Source of the DNA: the human T2T-CHM13v2.0 reference genome, Homo sapiens
Length of the DNA: 64,000 bases
NCBI RefSeq assembly: GCF_009914755.1
Contig: NC_060947.1
Direction: 5' to 3' (one strand)
Positions 43,635 to 56,450 of this stretch are shown piece after piece; positions within the stretch are counted from its first letter, which is position 1, and the number at the start of each line of letters is the position of its first letter. The translations under genes were made by a program, and so were the position numbers. Below the pieces are notes generated by a model that did no database searches, had not been told where the DNA came from, and saw nothing but the letters and a program-made list of their open reading frames with translations.

Positions 43635-44105
43635 GCCACAATGGAATATCATTAGCCATACAAAGATGAAATCCTGTCATGTGTAGCAACATGGATGAGC
43701 CTGGAAGACAGACAGTATGTTAAGTGAAATAAAACATGCACAGAAAGACAAATATCGCATGTCCTCACTCAAATGTAGGGGCTAACAAATTAATCTCATG
43801 GAAGGAGAGAGTAGAATGGTGATTATCAGAGTTTAGGCAGGGTAGGGGGAAGGGGAACGAAAAGAGGTTGTGTTCAGGCACAAAAATACAGTTAGAAAGA
43901 AGGAATAATTTCTAGTGATCAATAGCAAAGGAGGTTATAATTTATTGTATATTTCAAAATAGCTAGAAGAGAAAGTTCCCAGCAGAAAGAAATGATAAAT
44001 GTTTGAGGTGATGGATATTTCCATTACCCTGATATGATTGTTGCACATTGCATGTATCAAATTGTCACATGTATCCCACAAATATGTACATTATGTCTCA
44101 ATAAA
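43635..44105 (+). mobile_element. L1MA 3' end
   Basis: AATGGAATA..TAGCCATA..GAAATCCTGTCAT..GCAACATGGATGAGCCTGGA; ends TATGTCTCAATAAAA. Confidence 0.8.
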
Positions 44106-44499
44106 ACATGTGCACATAGGAGCATGTATAAGAATATTCACTGCAGCCTTGTTTGTAAAAAGTGGAAATTTCTAAACATCCTAGGTGTCTATCAATCGGA
44201 GAATAATATGTGGTTGTTTAAAGAATGTGCTATCTCTACACATTGTCTTGAATTATTCTCCAAGACACGTTCAGTGAAACAAAGCAAATTTTTCAATGAT
44301 ATGTTGTGTTGGTCTGTGTACTCTGAGAAGTGGATGACAAGATAAGATTAAAGGTCATTTATGCTCTCTGTAGGCGGCCTGTGACACACGTTCTCCTGGC
44401 CACCACACAGATCAACTTCTTTACTAAGGTCTGGGGAACATCCTCAGTTCAGGATGACTGTACATGTACATTCATAGTTACAAGGGGGAAGAGAGTACT

Positions 44500-47400
44500 A
44501 GGAGGCACCAAAGTGAATCACCCGGGCTTCACACATATTTCTCCCTGCCCTCATTGTGTTGCTGTAACCTTATCCCCTCCTCCTGATCAGGAGCCTACCA
44601 GTATGATGACTCCTCTTCGCACCTGCTAGCTTCTGAGTACCAGTCCCAAATGACGACAGAAGATGTAAGGAAGTTATAACGTGTAGTTCAATGGGGCATT
44701 TTCTGTGTTCCCCAAGAAGAGTGAATCAGAACGTCTCTTTGGAGCCAAGACCTCCAACAGTGCAGAACACAGAGTTGTGAGTACAAAATCCACAATGGGT
44801 GATCAGAAGTGATGGTAAGTGGGGCCACTCTTGCCTCTACCACTAGGTTCCTGGACCCATGTGTCCTCCTTACTGAGGTAAAGGCACCTTATAAGTTTTC
44901 TGATTTAATACATACACTGGTTCCTGAAAGATAGCAGCCCATCCTCCCAGAGTGTTTCCTCTGAGTTGTGCTTCAATTGTGCATTGAGATTATTCTAGCA
45001 TTCTCTGAGAATGGCTATCTCTGGATTTTGTAGCATGTGATATGACCAGTGAATCCCATAGTCAATGCTGTACCTACTTTTTTATATAATGGGCCCCCTC
45101 ATCAGATGCTATGCTGTGAGAAATCCCATGCCTGTCTACGGGGTATTTCATAAGCTCCTGAGTATTTTTGCTGGGTGAAGTGCTGCAGGCAAGGAAGACA
45201 AATCTATAGCTGGGATAGGGATTAATCCCTGTGAACACGAACCACTGGCCCTTCCAGGATAGATGAGACCCAGTGTTTTCAACTGTCCACAACAATGAAT
45301 AGTGTAATATTTGGGACTCAGAGTTGGTCCTAGTTGCTGGCAAGTTGAACGCCCAGAGGCATCAGACTATATATTGGTCTTGGTAAGTGGGAATCCATAC
45401 CGTTGGACCTGTATGAAGCTTCCATTTCTGCCACCATGCACACTTTATTCATGTGCCCATTGCTGGTTTGGCAGTGGCTGACAAGGGCTGACTAATGTCA
45501 ACTGGTTGAATCATTTTATTTACTTGATTTTCAATTCCTTTCCCATGGTGTATACTTTGTGATGGATGTTAAGGTATGGTCCAAAAATCCTCATACGTTG
45601 TTTCCATTCCAGCATGGCAAACCACAAGCTTCTATTTCAGACCTCATTGTCTCTGATTTTTCAATCATTTTCTTTCTAGCCCCAAGCTAGACAGGTAGGG
45701 TATTGTCCACTCCCCAGAAATCTGTATAGATAATTAATTTTAGATGTCAATTTGACGGGACTAAGAAACACCTAGAAACATCATGAAAAATTCTTCTGGA
45801 GTGTGTCTGAAAGGGCATTTCAATAGAAGATTAGAATGTGTGTCTGAGTGGCCTAGCTGGAGAAGATCCATCATCCAATTTGCCAGGGGCCCAGAGGGGG
45901 AAAAAAACAAACATAGAAAAGACCAATGTGTCATTCTATCTTCTGGAACTGGTATACACACTTCCTCTTCTGTCCTTGACAACTCCAGACTCTGGGGTCC
46001 TTAAATGCTAGGATTGACACAAGTGGATCCCAAGGTTCTCAGGCCTTTGGCCTCGGACTGAGACTAAGAGTTACACCATCAATTTCCCTGGTCCTGAGGC
46101 CTTGGCACCTGGATTGAGGCACGCTACCAGCATCCCAGTGTTTCCAGTTTCCCTACAGCCTGTCTCTGGACTTCTCAGCCTACATGATAATATGATATAA
46201 TATTCCTAATAAATTTGCTCTTATATATTGATTGGTAGGGTTGATTCTAGGGGCCAATTATTTGGATTCCAACTATGAACTCAGGAACTGAGCAAATGGT
46301 CAGGAAATTACTATTGGATAAATCTGGATTCACATTGGGTACATTGTGAGCCGACTTTAGCCAGGATTTCATTTACTACCTATTTCCCATGAACTCCTAC
46401 TTTAAGAAGTAGGCATTATATACATTTTGGGTTTCTGAGTATCAGTGTCAACTTTGACCCTGTGTCTAAAATTCCTTGAACTATTTGGTCATTCCATCCA
46501 GTGTCCTATATGGCCATAGATCCCTCTATAGAAGAAAGAGAAGAATCATTGTAGCATATACTTACCATGGTTTGCAGTGTCCTTACTCCTACGAAGCTAA
46601 TCACCTCTTCAGTCTGTGGGTTTCAGATCAGAAAGTTGGCTCAGAACTGGGAACTGAGGAAGGAATTATAACTTTTTCTTGGAGTGACTGTACTTCACCC
46701 TCTGCTTCTCCATTTTTGCTTTTTTCTGTTATACATGCTAAACATCACCCTTATTGGATCCGTGTTTATTTTGCCCCTAGGAATACCATTATCTATTAGC
46801 CATCTTTACAATTCCCTGCAGATTAAGCCATATTCACTGCCCTTCTGAACTTTTTCATCATTATAGTAATTGTGGTCTCTGGGCCTATAGCAGAGAAGTG
46901 CCACAACATAGCTCTGTTACTCCAGGTATCCAACAACAGAATCAATACTGAGCTGTGCTCATTAATATGTGACCATTTCTCCCATCATCATCCCTGCTAC
47001 AGGAAAGAGCTACCCTCAAATTTCCTAGTGATTTAAGTGCTCCTCTCACTAGTGCATTCCTCATGGCTTTGGTGAATCAGGTGTTCTCTAGGCCCGGTGA
47101 AGAAACACAATCCTCTCATGTGTCTTCTAGCTTTAAACAATCTATCCATTCCAGCATTCTCACCTCCTTCACCTTCTTTATTCTTTCTTATATCTTCCTT
47201 CCGGGGGAACTCAGGCATTTCTATTTCACTGAGATTTGGCCATTTTCTTCAAGGTTTTTAGAACCATCCAGCTGTAAATTTTCACCATTTCCTGGGGCTC
47301 TTGCTGGTGTATTTACTCCCATACCCTGAGGAAGCACCCCCAAGTCAAAGAATTCTTGCATATTCAGCCTTATATTTTAATCTGCTTAATTAATCCCTCG

Positions 47401-48250
47401 CAAGACTCTCTTCCAAGGACACTCCTCTGCTTTCTGCCAGTATGTGCTAGCTAATCTTTGTAATTTGTGAGGTCTATAGTCTCTTTCTTTCCGTTTTAGG
47501 CCCAGAATGTCCCCATTTGCATTATGCTGAGATTCAACCTTATTTTTCATCCTGGCATCCAAGATCAGAGGTAAGGGTAGCTTGTGAGCCACCTGCTGCC
47601 TCATGGGGGTGAAAATCCTGCAGCATCTTCCACAAAGTGGAATTTCTAGTCCTTAAAAGGGGAGGATGGGCCACTTCTGCATGCTCAGAGGGCCCAAGGT
47701 GGTTACAGAGGCAGCATCCTCCAAGGTGACCATCTTGATGACCTCTTCAGAGTTTTTGGGATCTCAATCTTCCCTTGGATTGGCATTCAAACATTTCTGG
47801 AGCTCTATAATCTCATAATTGCATCTTCAGACTGCCTATTAACAGTATCTTCTCTTCCAATATAGGTGATAAAGACCTCTTTATATCCTACAATGAGGCT
47901 CTCTGGTTCTCACATTTACTATTAACTGATGGTTACCTGCTCTCAGTCTTTCATTTTTCTTTTGCAAGTATCAATACAACTGAGCAATTACCAGCCAATT
48001 CCACCTTCTTGGTAGACATATTCCTACCAATAGTTTCCAGATATTGGCATCACTGTACCTATTGCAGTGTTCCCCTGAATAGGAATATGTGCCCGAGTCA
48101 CCACAGTCGAAATCTTTAGAACAATTTGTGCTTTGAGCCATCATCCTGTGTTATGTGCCCCACACATGAATAGAGATGCCATCCTCTTTGCCTGCAGAGA
48201 AGTAGATGAGCCAGTTCCAAATCCTGTCTTTGCACCTATTTTCCAAACCA
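44500..48250 (-). mobile_element. ERVL (HERV16/HERV-L-like) internal: gag, protease, RNase H and integrase remnants
   Basis: Minus ORF 45074-45343 (SWKGQWFVFTGINPY..HGISHSIASDEGAHY) is ERVL integrase; protease GILDTGSKLTLI at about 46440-46476; gag MPEFP..EVRMLEWID near 47200. Confidence 0.82.
45723..46250 (+). mobile_element. MLT2 (ERVL) LTR
   Basis: TAATTTTAGATGTCAATTTGAC, GGTTCTCAGGCCTTTGGCCTCGGACTGAG, GGACTTCTCAGCCT and CCTAATAAAT. Confidence 0.8.
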
Positions 48251-48254
48251 GTCC

Positions 48255-48543
48255 TTGTACTATTTGAATCTTTCAAGAAGCAGACAAGAAGGCTGTATTA
48301 AACATGCAAGTATTTAAAAGGGGAAATGCTTGTATGAGGAAAATATGGAGGGGTTAATGTAAAGCTGAGGAAATCATCAATCATGAAGCAAGTCTGAGCC
48401 TGAGAGAAGGATACAGAGAAATTTGAGTGGAAGTGTATTAGACTGCCCTGTAGTCTGTGAAACGTTTGGAAAAGTCCTGAGGAAGTCTTCAGTCATTAGT
48501 TGGTTCTCAGAAAAGTTCTGTGTCTCAGGAATAATTATTCCTC
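48255..48543 (-). mobile_element. ERVL LTR (LTR16-like), part 1, split by the L1PB4-like insertion
   Basis: AGAAGCAGACAAG...ATGCAAGTATTTAAAAGGGGAAATGCTTGT, adjacent to the 5' end of the ERVL internal region. Confidence 0.5.
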
Positions 48544-48775
48544 AAGAACAAGTTCCAGGATAGGTCCAAGATGGCTGACTAGAAATGTTGGACAACAGTT
48601 ATCCTCAGAAAGAAGAACCAAAGTCACATGTGAATAATCATAACTTGAATAGACTATCAAGGGGAAAGTATTGGAGCCTAGTGGAAAACTAATGGGAATA
48701 AGCTGGGGCACAGAAAAAGAAGGTAGCAAGAGGCTGGCAGGGATTGTCTAGGCATCCCAAGTGACTTAACATTTC

Positions 48776-49086
48776 TTTTTATTTTTTTTTATTATTTTTT
48801 TTTTTTGAGACGGAGTCTCGCTGTCGCCCAGGCTGGAGTGCAGTGGCGCAATCTCGGCTCACTGCAGGCTCCGCCCCCTGGGGTTCCCGCCATTCTCCTG
48901 ACTCAGCCTCCCGAGTAGCTGGGACTACAGGCGCCCGCCACCTCGCCCGGCTAATTTTTTGTATTTTTAGTAGAGACGGGGTTTCACCGTGTTAGCCAGG
49001 ATGGTCTCGATCTCCTGACCTCGTGATCCGCCCGCCTCGGCCTCCCAAAGTGCTGGAATTACAGGCGTGAGCCACCGCGCCCGGCC
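48776..49086 (-). mobile_element. Young AluY of the Ye lineage (AluYe5-like)
   Basis: CpGs largely intact. Sense-strand diagnostics GGGCGAGGTGG, AACCCCAGGGGGCGGAGCCTGCAG and the 2-bp deletion GGCGACAGCGAGAC. TSD GTGACTT(A/G)ACATTTC at 48761-48775 and 49087-49101. Confidence 0.9.
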
Positions 49087-50549
49087 GTGACTTGACATTT
49101 CATCAAAGTGGCAGGTTGGAATGATCTGAGTCCTCTTGGCTCTGTGGCAGACCACTGGTATCCAAACTGTAAGAGAGTTTCTCTGCCCACATGGACCCAA
49201 ACACTAATGTTGGTGGTGATTTGGGGATTTTTTGAGGTCTTTATACCACACTACCAACTCACTCCCCATTGCTCTCCCTCCCCAGGACCAGAACTGTGGC
49301 TGCGGGTGCCATACTACAGGAGCAGGCCTCAGGGGAGCATTTTCTGCCCAGGGAACCTCAGCCTCTGTCTGTCCACATTACAGGAACCACCCTCTTCCAC
49401 AGACATTCCCCCGGGCCCACACGGATTGCCACAGTTGCACAGGGGTGGCCAGACCCAGGGGAGCTACAGAATTTTCAGTGGTCTAGCCTTTGGACTGGTG
49501 CTTATAAGGGAAGGGAGAGTGTAATGAAGCGAGGGAACAGTTTTTGGGACAAAGGAAAGCAGCTCATGCATTTTCCAGTGCACAAGAGCTCCTTGCTTGT
49601 GAGCTCTCAGGGATGGTGTCACTTCCAGCAGAGACACAGGGGCTGTGCTACACTCTGCAAAGGAGGAGTGTAGTTTCATTGCAGCAGCCAAGTGGCCTCA
49701 GTGCTCAAGTCAAGGCATGGAGAGGGGCACTTCACCTCTCCTCCCTGCTACTGATACAGACAGAACCATGGCTGCTCCCATGGGAAATTGACCTGGGCAT
49801 GCTGGGGGACAGACTTTCTGGGGCTGCTAGGGGCAAATGCTAGGTCCTGCTCCTCCTATGAAAGATACGTGCTCCCACTGGCAGTGTGGCCACCAAACTG
49901 CATGAAAGGTGCCTCCCAACCTCTTACATGTGGTGGCAGCATTCCTGCAGGGGAGAGCAGGAGAGCTGGTGTGTTTTGGTCTGATGGAATAAGTTCATCA
50001 CAGCCATTTTGGCAGTGAGCTCTGGGACAGGCATTTTTCATGGCTCTCAGCTACACTGCAGCCTAGAGATAGATGGACTTTAAATTAGGAACAGTTACTA
50101 AGGAAAACAAAGTTCATTATGTAATGATAAAGGGATCAATTCAAGAAGAAGATGTAACAGTCCTAAATATATATGCACTCAATGCTGGAGTAACCAGATT
50201 CATAAAACAAATGCTACTAGACCTGGAAAAGGTATACAAATACGTCAAAACTAAACAACCTGCTTCTGAATGATCTTTGAGCCAATGATCAAATTAAGAC
50301 AGAAATTTGAAATGTATTGTAATTAATGAAGATGGAGGCACAGTATACCAAAACCTCTAGGATAAAGCAAAAACAGTGCTGAACATCTACATTAAAATAA
50401 TAGGAAGGTCACAACTCAACAATCTGATGTCACTCATCCAGAATAATGCTCATCAATAAAAAAGAAACAAACCAAACCTAAAGCTAGCAGAAGAAATAAA
50501 AAAGATCAGAGCAGAATTAATTGAAAATGAAAACAATAAAAATACCAAG

Positions 50550-52961
50550 TGATATGATTTGGATCTGCATCCCTGCCGAAATCTCATGTCAAATTGTAAT
50601 CCCCAGTGTTGGAGGTGGGGCCTGGTGGGAGGTGATTGGATCATGGGAGAAGATTTCTCTTTTGGTGCTGTTCTCATGATAGTGATTGAGTTCTTGTGAA
50701 ATCTGGTTGTTTAAAGTGTGTAGCACCTCCCCTCTCTCTCCTGGTCCTGCTCCTGCCATATAAGATGCCTGCTCCCACTTTTCCTTTCACCATGAGTAAA
50801 AGGCTCCTTGAGGCCTTCCCAGAAGCAGATGCAGCCGTGCTTCCTGTACAGCCTGCAGAACCATGAGCCAATTAAACTTCTTTTCTTTATAAATTGCTCA
50901 GTCTCAGGTATTTCTTTATAGCAATGTGAGAATGGACTAATACAGAAAATTGGCACTAAGCAGAAGGACATTGCTATAAAGATACCTGAAAATGTGGAAG
51001 CAGCTTTGTAATTGGGTAATGAGCAGAGATTGGAACAGCTTGGAGGGCTCAGAAGAAGATGATGGAAAGTTTGATACTTCCTAGAGACTTGTTGAATGGT
51101 TATGACGAAAATGCTGATAGTGATATGGACAGTGAAGTCCTGGCTGAGAAGGTCTCAGATGGAAATGAGGAACATATTGGGAACTGGAAAAAAAGTCACT
51201 TTTGTTATGTTTTAGCAAAGAATTTGGAGGCATTGTGCCCCTGCCCTAGGGATCTGTGGAACTTTGAACTTGAGAATGATGATTTAGGGTATCTGTTAGA
51301 ATAAATCTGTAAGCAGCAAAACATTCAAGGTATGGCCTGGCTGCTACTAACAACCTATGTTCATATGTGTGAGCAAATAAACGATCTAAAACTTGAACTC
51401 ACATTTAAAAGGGAAGCAGAGCATAAAAGTTAGAAAAATTGGCAGCCTGGCCATGTTGCAGAAAAGCCCACTTTCAGGACAGGAATTCAAGCAGGCTGTG
51501 GGAATTTGCGTAGGTAAAGAGGAGCCAAGTACTGATATCCAAGACAATGGGGAAAAGGCCTTGAAGGCAATTCAGAGACCTTCATGGCAGCCTCTCTCAT
51601 CACAAACCTAAAAGCTCAAAAGTACTAAATGGTTTTGTGGGCCAGGCCCAGGGTCCCACCATCCTGTGCAGCCTTAGGACACTGCTCCCTGTGTCGCAGC
51701 TGCTCCAGCTCCAGCTGTGACTCAAAGGGGCCCAGGTACACCTCTAGCTGCTGCTTCATAGGGTGTACGCCATAAGCCTTGACAGCTTCCATGTGGTGTT
51801 AAGCCTGTGGGTGCACAGAGTGCAAGAGATAAGGCTTGGGAGCCTCTGCCTAGATTTCAGAGAATGTATGGAAAAGCTTGGATGTCTAGGGAGAAGCTTG
51901 CTGCAGGGGCAGAGCCTTCATGGAGAACCTATGCTAGGGGAGTTTGGAGGAAAAATGTATGTGGGGTTGAAGCCGCCTCCCCACAAAGTCCCCAATGGGG
52001 CACTGCCTAGTGGGGTGTGAGACTCTTCTCACACCACTGTCCTCCACGCTCCAGAATGGTACGTCCACCAACAGCTTGCACCCTGTACCTGGAAATGCCG
52101 TAGGCACTCAAAACCAGCCTGTGAAAGCAGCTGTGGGGACTGAATCCTGGGAAGCTCCAAGGGTAGAACTGCCCAAGGCTTTGGGAGTCTACCCCTTGCA
52201 CCAGGATGCCCTGGATGTGAGACATGGAGTCAAAGGAGATTATTTTGGAATTTTTAGATTTAATGACTTCCCTGCTGAGTTTCAAATGTGCATGGAGCCT
52301 GTAGCCCCTTTCTTTTGACCAATTTCTCCCTTTTGGAATGGGAATATTTACCCAATGACATTGCATCTTGGTAGTAACTAACATTTTTTTATTTTATTTT
52401 ATAGGCTTATAAGTGGAAGGGACTAGCCTTGTCTCAGATGAGACTTTGAACAGTGGATTTTTGAGTTAATGCTGGAGTATGTTAAGACTTTGGGGGACTG
52501 TTGGGAAGGCATAATTATATTTCACAATGTAGAAGGACATGAGATTTGGGAAGGGCTAGAGGTGAGGTGATATGGTTTGGATCTGTGTCCCTGCCTGAAT
52601 CTCATGTCAAATTGTAACCCCAATGTTGGAGATGGGGTCTGATGGGAAGTGATCAGATCATGGGGGCAGATTTCCCCTTTGGTGCTGTTCTCATAATAGT
52701 GGGCATATTCTCATGAGATCTGGACATTAAAAAGTGCGTAGCACCTCCCTCCTCTCTCTCGGTCCTGTTCCTGCTATGCAAGATGCCAGTTCCTGCTTTG
52801 CCTAATGCTATGAGTAAAAGCTCCCTGAGGCCTCTCCAGAAGCAGATGCTGCCATGTTTCCTGTACAGCCTACAGAATTATGAGCCAATTAAAACTATTT
52901 TATTTGTAAATTACTCAGTCTTAGGTATTCCTTTAGAGCAATGAGATAACAGACTAATATA
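50550..52961 (+). mobile_element. Complete MSTA-type MaLR (LTR-int-LTR)
   Basis: LTRs at 50550-50944 and 52568-52961, a ~1.6-kb internal region, a purine tract before the 3' LTR, and a 5-bp TSD CCAAG at 50545-50549 and 52962-52966. Confidence 0.93.
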
Positions 52962-53992
52962 CCAAGGGTCAACAAAATGAGAAATTGGTTGTTTGTAAAG
53001 GTAAACAAAATTGATAGGCTAACCAAGAAAAGAATAGAGAAGATTCAAATTGGCACAATCAGAAATGTAAAATGAGACATTGCCACTCATATCACAGAAA
53101 TACAAAAGACGATCAAAGAACATCTCTATGCTCACAAACTAGAAAACCTAGAGGAAATGGATAAGTCCCGGAAACATACAACCTTACAAGATAAAGCTAG
53201 GAAGAAATATGAATCCTTAACAGACTAATAATATCTAGTGAGATTGAATCAGTTATAAAGAATCTTCCAGCAAAAAATGGTACAGGGCCATTTTTTGGAA
53301 CCACAGCCAAATTCAACCTGACATATGAAGAATAACTGGTACCAATCCTATGGAAACTGTGCTAAAAATATGAGGAAGAGGAATATCCCTAATTCATTTT
53401 ATGATTCCAGTATCACCCTGATACCAAAGTCAGACCAGGATGCAACAAAAACAACAAAACTACAGACCAATATCCCTCATGAAGCTAGACGCAAAAATCT
53501 TCAACAAAAGACTAGCAGACTGAATCCAACAGCACATTAAAAAGATAATACACAACAACCAAGTGGATTTTATTCCAGAGATGAACAATGCTCAACGTAT
53601 GGAAATCAATAATTGTCATTCATGACTTAAATAGAATTCAAGACAAAGATCATATAAGCATCTCAATGGGTGCCAAAAAGCATTTGATAAAATTCAACAT
53701 CCCTTCATAATATATATCCTCAACAAACTAGGCATAGGAGGAACATAGCTCAAAGTAATGAAAGCTGTATATGAAAACCCACAGCAAACACCACATATTA
53801 CACTGAAGAGGGAAAGGTTGAAAGCATCCTTACTAAGAACTGGAACAAGGCAAAGATGCCTACTTTCAACCCCCTATTCAACATGGCACTGGAAGTCGTA
53901 GCCAACACAATCAGGCAAGAGAAAGAAATAGAAAGTATCCAAATTGGAAAAAATAATGGCGAATTTTCTCTGTTTGCTGATGATATAATCTT

Positions 53993-54361
53993 TTGTTTTC
54001 ATATCTTATTTTTAATAGCTTATTGAATTACTTTAAGGTGAACATCCTTGTGACCAACATGAGTCAAGAAATTCAAGTTTACCAGCCACCCCAGAAGCCC
54101 TTACATATGCTCCATCCCAATTACAGCACTCTCTTTCCCTTAAAAAATGACAACTATCTTAAATTTTATAAAGTGATCACTTGTTTGCATTTTTAAAGCT
54201 TTTATCACCTAAGTGTGCATCATTAAATATTATAGTTTAATCAGGCCCATATTAAAATTTATATGTTTCAGTCACTTTTAATCTAAAGCTCCCTCTTTGT
54301 GCCTCCTTTTTTTCTTACAATTTATACCAGCCTATTTGAATTTTAGAATTTCCCAAAGTAG
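53993..54361 (-). mobile_element. ~370-bp insertion (ancient L1M 3'UTR-like) inside the RT motif region of the L1PB4-like element
   Basis: Host L1 TTTGCTGATGATATAATCTT resumes as AATCTTATGCCTAGAAAACC. AATCTT is duplicated at 53987-53992 and 54362-54367. Confidence 0.75.
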
Positions 54362-56292
54362 AATCTTATGCCTAGAAAACCCTAAGGGCTCCTTCAAAAA
54401 ACTCCTTGATTTGATTAGTGAACTTAGTAAAGTTTTAGGATACAAAATCAACATACAAAAATCCGTAGCATTTCTAGACACCAATAAAAATCAAGCGGGT
54501 AACCAAATTAAGAAGTCAATTCCATTTACAATTGCTACAAAAAAATGAAATACCTAGGAATACATTTAACCAAAAGGGTGAAAGATCTCTACAAGGAAAA
54601 CTATAAAACACTGATGAAAGAAATTGTAGATGACACAAACCAACAAGTGGAAAAATATTCCATGTTCCTGAATTGAAAGAATCAATATTGTTACAGTGAT
54701 CATACTTCCTAAAGAAATCTACAGATTCAGTGCAATTCCTATCAAAATACCAATGTCATTTTTCACAGATTTGGAAAAAATTACTCTAAAATGCATATGG
54801 GACCAAAACATAGTCTGCATAGCCAGAGCAATCCTAAGCAACAAGAACAAAGCTGGAGGCATCATATTACATGACTTCAAATTATAATACAATGCTATAG
54901 TAACAAAAACAGTATGGTACTGATATAAAAATAGATACATTGATCAGTGGAACAGAATGGATAACTCAGAAATAAAACCACATACCCTCAGCCAACTCAT
55001 CTTTGACAAAGCTGACAAAAACATACACTAGGGAAAGGACACCCTATTCAATAAATGGTGCTGGAAAAGTTAGATTGTCACAGGCAGAAGAATAAAACTG
55101 GACTCCTATCTCTCAACATATACAAAAATTAACCAAGATGGATTAAAGGCTTAAATGTACAACATGAAACTATGAAAACTCTAGAAGAAAATCTAGGAAA
55201 AACTCTTCTGGACATTGGCCTACGCAAATAATTCATGACTAAGACCCCAAAAGAAAATGAAACCATAAGAAAAATAGACAAGTGGGATTTAATTAAGCCA
55301 AATAGCTAAACCAAGCAAAAGAAATAATTATCAGAGTGAACAGACAACCTAAAGAATGGGAGAAAATATTTGCAAACCATGCATTTGACAAAGGACTAAT
55401 ATCCATTATCTACAAGGAACTTTGACAATTCAACAAGAAAAAAAACCATTAAAATGTGAGCAGACCTTTTACAAAAGAAGATACACAAGTGGCTAACATG
55501 TATATGAAAAAGCCCAGCATCACTAATTATCAGAGAAACGCAAATTAAAACTATGAGATACCATCTGACACTAGTCAGAATGGCTATTATTAAAAAGTCA
55601 ACAAATAACAGATGTTGGTGATGATGGGGAGAAAAGGGAACATTTATGCACTGTTGGTGGGAATGTAAATTTGTACAGTCTCTAAGGAAAGCAGTATGGT
55701 GATTTCTCAAAGAGCTAAAAATAGAACTGCCATTCAATCTAGCAAGCCCCCTACTGGATATCTACCCAAAGGAAGATAAGTTATTATATTTAAAAAGACA
55801 TCTGCACACATATGTTTGTGACAGCACTATTTACAATAGCAAAGACATGAAATCAACCTAACTTGTCCATCAACGGATAATTGGATGAAGAAAATGTGAT
55901 GGAATACCACTCAGCCATGGAAAAGAATAAAATTATGTCTTTTGTGTAAACATGGATGGAAATGGACGCTATTATCTTAACTGAAATAACTCAGAAAGTC
56001 AAATACCAAATGTCCATATATTAGTGAGAGCTAAAAAATGTGTACACATGGACATAGAGACTGGTATACTAGACACTGGAGACTCAGAAAGATTGGAGGG
56101 TGAAAGCAGGGTGTGGTATGATAAATTACCTACTGAGTACACGTACGTTATTTGAGTGATGTTTACACTAAAAGTCCGTACTTCATCACTATGCAACAAC
56201 ATATCCATGTAACAAAACTGCACTTGTACCCCCTAAATCTATAAAAGTAAATACATAAAAATTTAAAAAATAAGAAAGAAAGAACAAGTCCC

Positions 56293-56450
56293 TGCCACAC
56301 TTGGTCATTGGCTAAGACAAGCCAATGTGAGATTTGCCTTCGACACCAACACAGAAATGCATTTACAAGGACAGCAGCTGACGTCTTTTGTCAATTACAC
56401 TCTCTATAGGCAGAGTTTTGCAAGGAATATTATTGCGGCCATTACATATA
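56293..56450 (-). mobile_element. ERVL LTR (LTR16-like), part 2
   Basis: TGCCACACTTGGTCATTGGCT...CAGCAGCTG...TCAATTACACTC continues the LTR broken at 48543. Confidence 0.5.

Larger units (their letters stand above)
48557..56279 (+). mobile_element. L1PB4-like element: 5'UTR joined to ORF2 (ORF1 absent), with 3'UTR and A tail
   Basis: 5' end CCAAGATGGCTGACTAGAA; ORF2 from ~50070; 3'UTR ending ATATCCATGTAACAAAACTGCACTTGTACCCCCTAAATCTATAAAA; TSD AAGAACAAGT(T/C)CC at 48544-48556 and 56280-56292. Confidence 0.82.
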
